The position numbers were made by a program, and so were the translations under genes. Source: Schmidtea polychroa (lineage: Eukaryota). From it: a stretch of 64,000 nucleotides of DNA. Each line of letters begins with the position of its first letter. The first letter of the stretch is position 1. The stretch is from contig CM097885.1 in NCBI GenBank assembly GCA_044892525.1, forward strand, positions 14,696,001 through 14,760,000, given 5' to 3'. The notes beneath the pieces are model-generated. The model ran no database searches. It was not told where the DNA came from and saw only the letters and a list, made by a program, of their open reading frames with translations. Shown piece after piece: positions 49,070 through 63,118 of this stretch.

Positions 49070-49660
49070 TTAAGTAAGTGTACATGTTCCTTGTTAATCA
49101 GACATGAATGTTCCTTGTTAGTCGTGCATTCTTATGTCATGTGAGGATTACCTTTGTTAATCATGCACTGTGTAAGCACTGAAAAAGATATGTCTTTGTT
49201 AATTTCCCAGTTATTATCAATATTCCTGATTAAGTTTATATAAAATTAATTAAAATAAAAAAAATATAACTTAATAATTTTTTAAAACATTTACACATAA
49301 AACAGGCTAAACAGTAATGTCCACAGTAATTAGTCAATGGGTTTTGAAACATTGTTCTATTATATACAATAGGTTTTGCTATTATTTACAGTTTCAAGAT
49401 CATTAAAGCGGGATAATAGAAACCTAAAGAATCAAACACTAATATCTTACCAGGTTTCACATATATAGCAATTCAATGTTCCCCACTAAGATGAGATGAT
49501 TGAGTATTGACGATTATGGCTTGTTTATTACGCAAATATGGAATTCTATCAAGAGGAAAATCTGATTAAAATTCTTGTCCCAGTATTTCCAACTTGATAA
49601 ACATGGTAAATCATGAAGTTAATTTTGTGTGCACGTTGTTTTTTGAAGTTGTATATATCT
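49070..49660 (-). pseudogene. third Maverick relic: adenain protease pseudogene plus downstream non-coding DNA
   Basis: Reverse complement aligns with 30290-30760 (caagccataatcgtcaatactca.tcatctcatctt, tatatgtgaaacct, ttctattatcc, atgtttcaaaa.ccattgact). Confidence 0.85.
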
Positions 49661-49799
49661 ATGTATGCGCACATAGGCGTGAACAATGTCTTTTGGATTT
49701 CTTTAATGTGGAATTTTCGAGTTTTTGGAATTTAATTTTTTATTTTACATCTAGATCCTCGTGGAAAATCCTCGGTATATAGATATCTCGAACAATATC

Positions 49800-49950
49800 A
49801 ACCAAAGAAGGAAAGAAAAAATATTTCAATCAAAATCTTAGCCAATGAACACATTCAAAAATCTCAGATTTAAGGAAGCAATTCTCTTAATAAACAGATG
49901 GCCAACTATCAACACTAAAGAAGAGATCAATGAAATCATCAATTTGATTT
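49800..49950 (+). pseudogene. possible Penelope-like GIY-YIG C-terminal fragment
   Basis: SIKILANE..NLRFKEAILLINRWPTINTKEE. Confidence 0.4.
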
Positions 49951-50339
49951 GTTGTTTTTGACCTTGAGCATAGCTTTATATAAAAAAATTAAATTTAAAA
50001 TTAAAAAATAATAATTTAAAATAATATAGAAAAATAGATAAAATATAATTTTATAATATCATTAGGATTTAAAAATCAAAATAGAAACATTTTTAAAAAT
50101 AATTAAATTGCATATATAAATAGTTATTGGAAACTATATATTATAAATATTTTAAGATATAATTTAATGAAATTGATTTCTATGAGCTACTTATAAATTT
50201 AAAATTTTTTCGTAATGAGTCGTTTTGAATTTTAAAGGATATTTAATAAAAAAAAAGAAATAGGAAATAAAAGAGAAGATCAAAGAGCATTTTTGAAGAT
50301 AGATGAAGCAAAATTCCATGAAATTGACGAAAATTTTAA

Positions 50340-50340
<1 letters not shown>

Positions 50341-50413
<73 letters not shown>
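50341..50413. repeat. (ATT)n microsatellite
   Basis: Direct reading. Confidence 0.95.
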
Positions 50414-50414
<1 letters not shown>

Positions 50415-50623
50415 GAGATTTAGTAAAACAAAATCTGCTTCAACTCACTGGCAATGGTCTCCATAGAGAATAAATACAATGAATATATAATATTCATATT
50501 ATATAAGTGATATTAAAACAAAGTTGTCAGTCTGATACAATAATAACCAATGAAATATTGTTTTCAAATAATTATGAGTTGAATGAATTGTTTTATTGCA
50601 TTGCCAATTTTAAATGAGAATAA

Positions 50624-51491
50624 ATGTCAGCAAGAAATAAAGCTTCACAAAGAGATTTTAATCGACGGCGGCATATTTTGCTCACCAAGGCTTTTGATAT
50701 GGTTTTCTATCAAAAAGGCACAAATCTTTCCAAATGCCTATTGAGACAAAATCCTCGGGAAATCGAAGACAGTAAAGCGAAATTGGAGAGACTGGTTAGA
50801 AGAGAAAGATCGGCATCATCTAGCAGTTATGTGAATGAAAAATTATTCATTGAGAACCGCTGGAAAACATCTATTGAACCAAGCATATTAATGCAAAGAC
50901 CATCAACAGTAAACTCCTCAAATGTCACTATAAATCTTCCAAGGTATAGGAGACCAACAACGGCAACAATGATAGAACAACCAGTCATTGATACATTGTT
51001 GTTGGTGAGGCCTTGTATGAAATATAAATTCAACACCTGGGAATCATCTGACAGCATCAAGAAGGAACCGTCACTCAAAGAAAAGTCAGTTCATTTTGAA
51101 CCAGCAATATCTAGAGGAGGAGTCATTTCAAAAGCAGATCAAAAAGATGTTCGATTCAATAATTTATTTAATAATTTCATTAACTTTAATGAATAATAGC
51201 TTTTTCAATATTGGTACAATAGGAGAGTTTCTTCGGGTAGAGATGACGCCACTCGAGAGTCGATGCTAAAACAGAGAGCGGCATCGGCAAGTAGGATAAA
51301 TAATACTCAGTTAACTTCCTCGAGATCTGTCCCCTCCTCCTGTAATAATATAGAAATTTCCCGGTATAGATATGATCATGTTAAATGTATATATAAGTAT
51401 TTATTTCAGATCGAGATCGGTTTCATCAATTCCACCGAGGGGTCCAGAAAATATTTTTATTACTCAATTAAATCCCATGAAGATCTTATAG
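50624..51491 (+). CDS. host gene of unknown function, 3 exons (50624-51148, 51200-51363, 51410-51491)
   Basis: GT-AG introns of 51 and 46 nt keep the frame. Basic, Ser/Arg-rich protein with KSVHF (RVxF-like). Confidence 0.7.
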
Positions 51492-54400
51492 ATTCTTTTG
51501 AAACGTTTATACGTTTTCACCGTTTATTTTCGCAGATTGCCAAATATTGGCATTTGATCTATGAATATTTCTTCTTTTCTATGTTATTTTTTGTTAGTTT
51601 TGTTTCTATAATTGTTATTTTCTTATATTGTTGAATGGAAATTTTGAAGAGAAAAAACTTCAAAATTAAAAATTTAACATTTTTGTACTGGGAAGGATTT
51701 TGCGTTAATTTGTAATATTTGAAAAATACAATCCTGCGAGCGGAAAGCACACCCCGAAACTGCACTCCGAAGGTACTTATCCAAGTACAAACAGAAGTAA
51801 AAGAAATTTGTATTTTGAAGAAAAATAAAAAGTGAGTCAAAGCTCGTGCCGAAATTCAAAAAAAATCTTTTAAGTTTATTTTGAATAAATTTTCTTGATT
51901 TTGAATTTTTTTTCATAATGAGTTATTTTCTTATTTTCGTTCATTTTTCTCATAATTGTGTTGATCACATTCAATTATTTCCTTCTATTTTTTGGCTTCT
52001 GATTTTCATTTGTCTTTTCCATTCTTGTCAATTTCTAGCTTGGTCAAGCGCTCCTAGAATCCTATCAAAATCTACCCTAACTTCGTATTATTCAACCAGG
52101 AGTTGGTTTCCTAATAACCTTTATACCTCTTTACCTCTAGGGGTCTCATTAAATTTGGTTCATTTTGCATTTAAACACTTATTTTTGGAAGGATGATAAG
52201 AGATAAGAACGAATGCAAATGAAATCTTTCAAACCATAATTTTGTTCATTCTGTGTGTCACAGTGAAGGAGATTACCTTGACAAAGTAACAAATGTCGAA
52301 TTTTATAATTTAAATTTTCTCTAATGTGCTTGGAAAATAATCCAGTCGGGTTTAATTTCTTAAAAAATTAAGTCAAGAGAATAATCGAGATGGATGGTTA
52401 TCAAAAACTTACAGAACGGCTGAAAGTTAAGTGCCGTGAACTCAAAAGCACCTATTTTAAACGCAAAGAAATGTGAATGACCAAACAGGCCAACCAAGTG
52501 TTACTTAACCAGGTCGCGCGAGATCTAATTGGTTTTCGTATGTAAAAAAATCAGAAAACTAGAAACAGAAATTCACAAAATGACAAATTATCCTTAGCAA
52601 TGCCGAGAGAGCACCAAGACCTGATATTCGGAAGGTTCATCGTTGAAATGTTCATTATCCGTTCCGGTTAAATTCCCGGAATGTTCTTCATTGTTATTGT
52701 TATGGACATTTTTAATAGTTATAACTTAATAATTAAGTAGCTGATTACTTGCATTTTGTCGCGTGTTTTACGATTATAAAAAAAATATTGACAGTAATAT
52801 ATATAAAAATAATATCAAATTAGAATATATTAATCTAAACTAAAATTTGTAAACTGACAGGGAATACATATACCAAGAATGAGCCATCTTATAACTATAA
52901 GAACTACTGCCTGAGGTAGGAAATATTCAGGTAAAGTCAACACCGGTCGCTCTACCTTAGTGGGAAAAGAGAAGATGCAAGGTCGAAAAACGGAGCGTAT
53001 TTGACGGTGCTACCAAATGGAAGTTCTCATACTAGACTAAGCAAGAAACCTATTATAGTCTGTGAATCCCAGTTGACCCAGTTAGATTACTCTATACCAG
53101 TGATTCTCAGCCTTTTTTTGTTGCTGTACATTTTTAACGATTTCAAAATTTTTGGGACACACAAAATTTTCTATAAAACAAGTTGGTGTGTGCATCAGTG
53201 AATATGACTCACCATTTATGAGAAAGTGAAGTTATTTACTTCATTTATTCAATCTTATAAATGTTTTTCAAGTAAGTTTTTTAAATTTAAGTAATTTTTA
53301 AGGCTTGTATTTTGATTTTATATAATTATTAGGTCATTTTGCAGCACACTTTTAAAATTTCGCGGCTCCTAAAAGTGCCGCAGCAGTGGTTGAAAATCTT
53401 AACTCTGCTCTATAGTATTATCTTCATGTTTTAATATCTTTTTGATTTAAATTTATTATCTTAGCAATACGATTTGATGTCAATTTTATTTTGCTATTAT
53501 TTCTTTATGTCTCGTTGAGAAAGCGAGGAACGTGATGGATCGCATGAGGAATTAAAATTTAAATAAATTAATATTTATTAAAGTCTTATCCCTTTAACTC
53601 TTACTTATAACATAGAAACATTGTAAGAAATTGAACAGTAAAAAATTCTTTTTAGGAGTAGCTCAAGTACGAAGATTACGAAAACTATAAAAATTAAACA
53701 AATTACGAGTATAATTTATCATATAGTGTCAATTAATTTGCAACAACACAATATATATTTTTGATAATGAATAATTCATTGTTCACATATGCTTAGTTTC
53801 TGGGTGAGTTCATAGTATTGCTCTCTGTCCATCAGGTATTATTGGTTTCATGGGAGCTCGGACAGAGTCTGTTTCTTGCTAACTCTTTTATTTGCACTAT
53901 TCGCTGTCGCCTGTCAAGCATTTGCTCCTCTCTTTTAGACGGTTTTTTCTCATTAGCAGCAAGTGTTTTATCAACTCCAGACATCAACACTCGTTGCCTT
54001 GTAGTAATACTGACGACTTGGTCAGAGCATATGCATAAACGACATCAAAAAGATCTTCATACCTGGAAACAGAACCAAACTATTTATTTAATTCTTATAA
54101 AAAAAGTTTTTTGAAATTTTATTGATCTTATTTTAATAAAAATTATTAACGGATTTTTTTTTATTTTCAAAATATTCTTCAATTAATCCTTGAACTACTT
54201 GAGTCCCTTCAGCCGCATTATGTTCCACCCCAATAATCTATTAAATTAATAGTTAATTGAGTATTCAACATGTAACAAAAATATTTTTCAATGCAAATTT
54301 TTAAATAAAGTCAATCATATGTTTTTTATTTATTTCAAAAAATAAATCATAAAAGTTACTTTTTAATCTTTTAAATTATAATGAATAGTATCGAAAGAAT

Positions 54401-54739
54401 TCATAATTATTGTTATAAAATTTTCATGACATCACATAAATGTCATAAAAGCAGCAAAAATAATTTTTGTGTTTAAAAGTTGTTCATTTTTTATACAAAC
54501 TTTGAATTAAACTAATACAAATTTTATTATTGTAATAAAATCATTTTTTAAATAAAAACATTTAATCCAATATATTTTTTTTTTCAAAAATAAGTCACAA
54601 AATTTATATTTTAATCTTTTAAATTATTGAAGTTTTTTCAATAATGAAGATTTTATATATTGGAAAAATATTTAATTAAAATACATTTGTTATAATAATT
54701 TGTTTATATTTCAAAATACAAATTTAAAATATTATAAAA

Positions 54740-55161
54740 ATGATGACCGAAGAGAAAAGCATTGATTCACTTGTTCAATCTGTATTAAAGGATGCAGTTT
54801 CCGTTCGTGGTTTAACTTGTGGAATTCATCAAACTACAAAGGCTCTTGAAAGTCAAAAGGCTTTATTATGCATTTTAGCTAAAAATTGTGACGATGCTAA
54901 TTACACCAAGCTTATTGAAGTTCTTTGCAAAGAACACAACATCCCTCTTTTAAAAGTAAGTTAAATATTTCAAAATATAAAAATTTATGTTAAATTAAGG
55001 TTGATAGCAATAAAAAACTCGGAGAATATGCCGGTTTATGCAAACTTGACAAAGATTTAAACCCAAGAAAGACTGTTTCATGCTCTTCAGCTGTTATTTC
55101 TAACATCCCAAGTAATTGCACAAATTGGGAAGCTTTGATGTCAGAAGTAAAGAAACAATAA
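54740..55161 (+). CDS. RPS12: 40S ribosomal protein S12 (eS12), intron 54956-54999
   Basis: [56 protein letters not shown]. Confidence 0.95.
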
Positions 55162-55430
55162 TTTTATTAATAAAATTTATTTGGAGTTTATGAATGTAAT
55201 TTTAATCTAAAAAATTTGTCTTTTATAAAAACAATTAAACAATTATTATTTGTTACGTTTGTGTTAGTTCACGTAGTGTATCATTATTCTATTTGTAGAT
55301 ATTTCAATGTTTGCAGTTTATTTATAGTTTGTTCATCTAAGTAGCGCTAGTTCCTTTTTAGAATGATTCTATGATTATCCTAATATTGGACAGTTTTCAC
55401 CTTATTTAATAATATGGATTTTTTAATTTC

Positions 55431-56430
55431 ACAATATAAAGTCGTTTAATAATTTCGATTATACTTTTTTTTCAAAGTATGGCATCATTTTATAAATAAG
55501 GTTTTGTTAAATAGACCGAGGCAAAAAAAAGACAATATTTAACTGGAAATAGAAGACCTTTCAAAAAAAATTCAATACAAATTTATACTTGTAATAAATG
55601 TTTGAATATACCTGAATTTGTGACCATGTTTAAAGTGGTGCGCGACGTTTATTACTAGAGTTATAAATAATCATGCTACCACAGCTTTTTCTTTTTTTCA
55701 ACACTATTAATGGGTGTTTATAGAAAAGTTTGATGTACCGAGAAAACATAAGGCATTAAAGAGTGGTAATATTAGATTAGCTTAAAGTCTCATAAAATTA
55801 CTATAAAAACCAGGAAGATTTTCGTAAGATCAGATTGAGATACGCGCCATAAAGTTGTGGATTTGACTTCAAACGATTGCCATGGAAGTATTGCCTCGTT
55901 TTTACAGAGACCTTTCCAATGGCAAGGAACCCCTATTAATGAAAAAGTTGTGTCATTCGTGTTTCTCGACGTAAATCGAGGTATGTAATGTAATGTAACA
56001 GAAAATAACCCAGATTATTTTATAAAAGGATTTAAATTAAAAAAGAACAAATTATATTTATTTTCTAAATCAGTTACAGTTTGTAAATGGTCATCCATGT
56101 GGCCAGAAAATGTCGTTGAGAATAGTGTCGAACACAATAATGTTCAATAACGTCATATTCTCTCATTTTTTATATTGTTATTTTAAAATTTTAACAAGAT
56201 CTCCCAAATATAAAGTCGTTTAATAATTTCGGTTATACTTTTTATTCAAAGCATGGCATCATTTTATAAATAAGGTTTTGTTAAATAGACCAAGGCAAGA
56301 AAAAAGACAATATTTAACTGGAAATAGAAGACCTCTCAAAAAAAATTTAGACTTGTAATGTTTAAATATACCTGAATTTGAGACCATGTTTTAAGTGGTG
56401 CGCGACGTTTATTACTAGAGTTAAAAATAA
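55431..56430. repeat. local ~250-bp duplication (~55433-55672 and ~56207-56432)
   Basis: Shared aatataaagtcgtttaataatttcg...gtggtgcgcgacgtttattactagagtt. Confidence 0.8.
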
Positions 56431-57373
56431 TCAGAAAACCACAATGTCGTTGAGAATAGTGTCGAACACATCGGCACTGTTGCTTAGAACACGTTTGCGC
56501 CACATAAATTACAGATAGCCTTAATATTCAATAACGTCATATTTAATGTATTCTCTCATTTTTTATATTGTTATTTTAAAATTTAATTTTTGGAGGTAGG
56601 ATAACACGGAAGAACCAATAATTTCGGCAATAAACGTTTTTTTTTAAACATTTTTACATTTCTAACAGCGACGTAAATGCATACATTAGGCCCACACGGA
56701 AAACTTATTTTGAAACTCACCTGGTAGTTAAGCGAATTAGATATTGCAAAATGATTTAAACCACTTTTTAACTTTGCTACAATACAAGACACAGTGAAAA
56801 ATTATTGAAAAGTAAATTTAATTCTTTCGAAAATATTACGTGCTACAAAGGCTTGTGAAGTTGCAGTTTGAATGTCGCTGACATTTCTTTTCCAATGTGT
56901 GACTATTTCCAACTATTACATTTATCCATACTGACACAATCATAACATCGCATAGCTCAATTATATTTCGTTATTTCACGCCCAATTTCATATTGTTTAA
57001 ATAAATTGAAAAACATTTGATTTAATATTATAGGATAATAGATTTCTTTGAAAAAGCCTATGTAATCCTGTTATGATTAGATTTACAAACTTTATTTCTC
57101 ATAACGGATTTATGTAAGAGCAAAATTCTAAATTTAGAAATGACCAAAAATAATTAACAATATAAATATCATTCGACTGAATCAAGTGTCAATGAATGGT
57201 AGAGAAAAATAATTATCCTAAATATAATTGTAATTTTTTACTAGGATTATTATTATATTTTGCATGAATAATTTTAATTTTTAAATCAAAAATATTATTC
57301 TTAAAACTGTATTTACTTACATACTTATAAAAAATGTAAAAAGACTTAAAAATTCCAAAATTTATTCAAGTTA

Positions 57374-57675
57374 TTAGTTTTGCTTCTTTCTGAAAGAACA
57401 TCCTTCGGTCAATCTAGCTTTTCCACCAGTGGGCTGGCAAAGAGGTCTGGAGCATCCACTGCACATAACAACTGATTGAGCATGACTGAAAATAGTGTTA
57501 ATTTTCAGACATCCTGGGCATTTCACATCCATAAAATAGGAATTTGGTGATGGGACTAATCTCTTAAGTTTGCATTTTTGCAATTCACTCTTTTTTGATG
57601 GGTGCAAATAGTCAATAGCTAACTATAAAAATATGTAATTATTTAAAATCATTATAAAAAATTTCTTACAGGCAT
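57374..57675 (-). CDS. RPS27: 40S ribosomal protein S27 (eS27), intron 57623-57669
   Basis: [56 protein letters not shown]. Confidence 0.97.
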
Positions 57676-58959
57676 TATTATTAATCAAAATTTGTTAATA
57701 TATGTTAAATAATTTATTTAAACAAATTTATTTCAATTTATGTTAATTTAACATGATATTTTAATTTGTTCAGTTTAAAAAAGTTCGAATAATTTTTTTG
57801 AAAACCTTGTCAAAGTTTTAAATTAAATTTATTTTTAAACTTTTTTTTCAAATTTTTATAAATCATTTAAGAAATTAAAAATTAATTTTTATAAAATAAT
57901 ATATTTAAATTTAATAAATGTTCTTTGTTTCAGAATTATTTAGAAATTTTTCCATTGCATTTTCACAATATTTATGAAATGATTTTTGTTAAAAAATTTT
58001 AAATACTATTTGCAAAAATAATAATCCATTGAATTTAACTTGAAAACTCTGAGATTAATTATTTAAAATATAATTTAAATATTTATGTGTTTTGAACAAT
58101 GCTAAAATATTATAAGAACTTTTTAATGCAATTTCGTGAATATCAAAAACGTTGATATATTTACTGATTTATAGTCATCAAGCTCTTTTAATAAATACTA
58201 AAATAGATAATTAAAAAATTTATAAATGTAGAATACTAAAAATTTAATTTTGTATTTTTAAAAAGAAACAATATTAAGTATTGAAAGTAGCGGAAAATAT
58301 AAAATTTAAAATATTTAACAATAAACAATTTCATGTAATACTGTTGGGTCTAAGGGGTGTGTCATTTTTAAAATTTCCTATCACCTTCTCCTAGAGTTGC
58401 GTTGTCAATATTTTTAGTCGTTTTATTGCCTCCTGCTTAAATCACAAAAATTCCATATCTCTACAACTCTACCTGGTTTATATAGTGATTTTATGAACTG
58501 TAAAAACAGTTATATGAAACTGACTTTAAGCTAATATTGTGAATTACAAATTTATACTACTCTGGTGTGATGGTTCCTTATGGGACAGTTATTAGAATTT
58601 GATGATACGGTGATTGTTCTCTGGGTTGTACATCAAACTTCACTGAGATACACATATAATAGGGTTATTATATTTTTTAAAGAAAAGCCGTGGTAGCATG
58701 AGATGACTATTTTTTATAAAAATAGCATATATGATTTTTTAGTAATAAATATTCAAAAACGTCGCTCACCACACTTAAAATATATGATCACAAATTCAGT
58801 TATATTCAAAAATTTATTAATTACAATGTTTATAAGTCTTAATTTGTATTTAGGTTTAGGTATTTGTAATTTTTTCATTTTCCCGAAAGGTCTTCTATCA
58901 TCTTCACTGCTCTTTCAGTCACAATATTGGAACAGGGAACATCAATAACTGATTCTCCA

Positions 58960-61560
58960 TTTAACCAATGTCTACTCTAGCACGAATATAATGGCGCTGC
59001 AGTTTATTTCAGTCATAATCAATGGGGAATCCGTGAAAGCATTGATCGACTCGGGATGTTCCAAATCAGTTGTGTCAGCCAGAATTGCGAAGAAACGATT
59101 TATACAGAATGGGAGTATCATGACTGCGGATGGGTTACTAGTCAAGTTAATGCGTGATGTGAAAGTTCAGCTGATTGTTGGTGGTAGTTTTTTGAGTGTT
59201 AATTGTGTTTCGTTGATGAAACTACCACTTAATGTTGAAATGATTTTAGGAATGAACATAATAGGGATGCTGGGAGATCTTAAAATTGACAAGACGGGTG
59301 TATCTTTTCCAGGTATTGCAAACGTATCGTGCGTGGCTGAGAATCAGTTAAATGAGAATTTGCGAATTGAAGATGGTGATTTTTCGGCAGCATTCAGTGA
59401 CGGCAAGTGGACCGTGAAGTGGAAATGGAAAGCAGAACCAGCTGTACTATTGAATAGAATTTCAAATTATAAAATCAATCCAGGACTGCAGCACAAGTTT
59501 GACACGGAGGTTGAACGGTGGATTCAGGAAGGATGGCTAATTCCAACGAAAGACGTGTATGGAAAAATTCCGTTATTGGCAGTAGAGCAAGCAAACAAAG
59601 GAAAAGTTCGTCCAGTAATGGATTTTCGAGAACTAAATAAATATGTTAGTAGCCATACTGGACAAAGTGATGTATGTGGCGAATCATTAAGGCGATGGCG
59701 AATGATAGCGAACAGGTTATGTTAATTGATCTTTAAAATGATTATCTTCAGATACATGTTGATGAAGACCTATGGGAGCACCAAACGGTTAGTTACAAAG
59801 GGAACGGATACTTTCTAACGAGACTCGGTTTTGGTTTAAATGTGGCTCCGAAAATAGTGTCAACAATATTACGGAAGGTACTGAGTTTAAGAGAAGATAT
59901 CAGAAAAGCAACGGATAGTTGATGACATTATTATCAACCAGTCAAGAATAAACGTCAATGAAGTAATAGGCCATTTAGCAGCATACGGGCTAATTACAAA
60001 GCCACCGGAAGAGTTTGATGATGCAAGAGTGCTAGGTCTCCAGCTTCAAACAAGTATTAACGGTCGTACGTGGCATCGTAGAAACATTTTGCCACACAGT
60101 GCGTTTACAACTATGTCAAGAAGGGAGTTATTTTACCTCTGCGGTCAACTCGTTGGGCACTATCCCGTTGCTGGATGGTTAAGAATGGCAAGTAGCTATA
60201 TAAAACGACACAGTGCTGGAAGTAAGTGGGATGACACGATTGGAAGAATCGCGTTAAAAATGGTTAACGAAATGATGTATCGTGTGAAAGAGAGCGATTC
60301 CGTGACTGGTGAGTGACACGTAAACAAGGACGGATCTACGATTGTCTGGTGCGATGCGAGCAATCTGGCATTAAGAGTTGCGTTAGAAATGTTAGGAAAA
60401 ATCGTCGAAGATGCATCATGGATGTGGAAGAAAAACGATTTTGCTCATATAAACCTTGCAGAGTTAGACGCTGTGATAAAGGGTATTAACTTAGCCATCA
60501 GATGGAAAAGAAGCAACTTAGTTGTAGTAACAGATTCCGCTACCGCCAGGAGTTGGATAGATTCAGTTTTAACGGATACTGCCAGAATCCGAACTCATGG
60601 AATTGCTGAGATGCTAGTCCGAAGACGTCTGCAGATCATTTGTGAATTACGAAAAAGCTATGACTTAATGATCTCGGTTGAGTTTCTCCCGACAGATAAA
60701 AACAAAGCAGATGCACTCACAAGAGTCAGTAATAAAAGGCTGACATGGGTTAAATCGTGTGTCGAACCAACTGCAAGCACCGTTGCTGTTGTGAGCCAAG
60801 TGTTACGAGAAAGTCATAGAGAGCACCATTTCGGTGCCAAAAAGACGTTGTATTTTGCAAAGCAACTTTGCCCGGACGTTACACTTGAGGATGTAAAAGC
60901 TATAATTAGTGAATGTTCAGAATGTCAATTTATCGATCCGGCGCCTGTAAAATGGGAGCATAGATAGTTAAGCGTTAAGGAGACGTGGAAGAGACTGGCT
61001 ATGGATGTTACACACTATCTAAGTAAGCTTTATCTAACTATGATTGATTGTGGACCGGATCGCTTTGCTCTGTGGAGAGAAATAAGAGGTGAAAACGCGG
61101 AGACCATTACACGGAATCTTGAACAGATCTTTAGAGAACGAGGTTTTCCTGACGAGCTGTTGATTGATAATGCGACATCATTTCGGTCGACACAAATGAA
61201 AGTACTGCGTCGCAAATGGAGTGTGAAATGTGTGTTTCGATGTGCTTATCGGCCATCAGGAAACGGCATAATAGAACGGAACCATCGTACAATTAAACGC
61301 ATGGCAGCAAGAACCAACAAGGGAATATTGGAAATGGTATATTGGTATAACCTAGCACCCAATGACAAGTGCGGAACGCCGCGATCGTCATCCGTGTTTC
61401 CATATTGAGGAAAGGAGTTGGCGCTTGTTATACACGAAGAGAAGACACAGGACACGTCGTTCCAAGTTGGCGATGCAGTTTACGTTAAACCACCAAACGC
61501 GAAGTGCATATCGACATGGGGTGAAGGGATTGTGACGAAGGTAAACCGGCTGTCAACGAA
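58960..61560 (+). pseudogene. pol: decayed Ty3/Gypsy-type pol (protease, RT, RNase H, integrase)
   Basis: ALIDSGCS, VRPVMDFRELN, RLGFGLNVAP, DDII, WCDAS, INLAELDA, H..HH..C..C, MDVT, DNATSF, GNGIIERNHRT. Several stops and frameshifts; no LTR pair found. Confidence 0.88.
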
Positions 61561-62399
61561 GCGTCATTGGAGGACAACGACGATGATGGATTAACAGACG
61601 TAGATAATCCTATACTCAACTCACTGCGCCGAGATGAACGTAGAGGCAGGACGAAGATAGCAAATATTGAAAATATTTACAATGTTCTATTTGCTCTTGT
61701 TCAATGAACCGGATCGACATCAACATACAATTATTATTAACGTGAGTCAGTATGAACAGCATGATTTTGAAACCAGTTTTATCGAGAACGAAGATGAAAA
61801 TCACGCGGAGATGTAATTGCATAATTAAATTTGTTTTAATATGCAGATTTTGTGATAAAAATAGAATTAAAAAAACGTTGTGATTTCCCTGTATCAATAA
61901 AACTACATAAATTAATAAAGTTTTAAAATCAATAAAAATCTAAATAATCAATTCTTATATACAAATATCAACATCAATAGTTATTAAAATCAATAATAGT
62001 AGTAAATCAAATAAATCAATAAATAAAAAACTAAATGAATTATTTATTTACAAATATCAAGATCGTTAATAAATATAATAAATCCATAACAAAAAATAAA
62101 TACAAACATTTATTTATTTACAAATATCAAAATCAATAATAAAAATTTAATAAATCAATAATAACAAGAGATAAATACAAACATTTATTTATTTACAAAT
62201 ATCATTATCAATAAATTAATGTCAAATATAAATAATAGTAATAATAAATAACCAAATCATTAAATTATGAAGTAACAAGTAGAATAGCGGCTGAATTTTA
62301 ATTTCCCTCAGAATTATTCTGCAAATGAAAAAAAAAATTAAGAATGGAGAAAAATAAAAACTGCAATTAAATTACACCGAGATCAATTAATAATTTCCC

Positions 62400-62680
62400 T
62401 GGTGAATTGAATCTTGGGGATTCAGAATCGTAATTTTCATCGGTATCGATTTCTAACTTCTCTTTAAAAACAATATTATTATTTTTCTCGAAATAAAATT
62501 TTGAAAGGCCTTCAGATGAATCATTTACACTGCGCGGTTTTTTTACATTGTTAGACATAATCGGGGACTTATTGAACATTTCCCTCTTATTGCGATCGTC
62601 CGATAATGTTGGTTTGTCTCGTTTTTTCAGAGGTACGCTGTAATTCCTTTTCGAGTCTGTGACATTATTATTGATAACGA
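62400..62680 (-). CDS. probable exon of a host gene (Ser/Asn/Lys-rich, unknown)
   Basis: Open frame extending upstream of ORF 62367-62579, bounded by AT-rich intron-like DNA. Splice sites not confirmed. Confidence 0.35.
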
Positions 62681-63033
62681 AAAATTAAAAAAACAAAAAT
62701 AGAAAATTAACATTCATTCTTGTTGTCTATTATGAAATTGATTGTACTTTTTTCTGATGAATTCTAGAAATAAATTTCCGTAAATACAAAAATTAGGAGC
62801 TCACATAATAGAAAATTCAATATTTAAAAAAGTATCAAATATCTAAAGTTTTATTAATTTTAAAAATCAATTTTCTAAAATTAATAATCACTATACATAT
62901 ATATGTATAAAATTAATATAAATATCAATTATCTAAAACTTTATTAATTTAAAAAATCGATTTAAAAATAAAATTAATAATATCAATAATAATTAATAAA
63001 ATTAATAATAAATAAATAAATAATAATAAATAA

Positions 63034-63039
<6 letters not shown>

Positions 63040-63115
<76 letters not shown>
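63040..63115. repeat. (TA)n microsatellite
   Basis: Direct reading. Confidence 0.95.

Positions 63116-63118
<3 letters not shown>

Noticed and set aside
52380..54114. Coding-like patches at ~52.4-52.7 kb and ~53.8-54.1 kb
   Set aside because: Interrupted by stops, and no family could be recognised.
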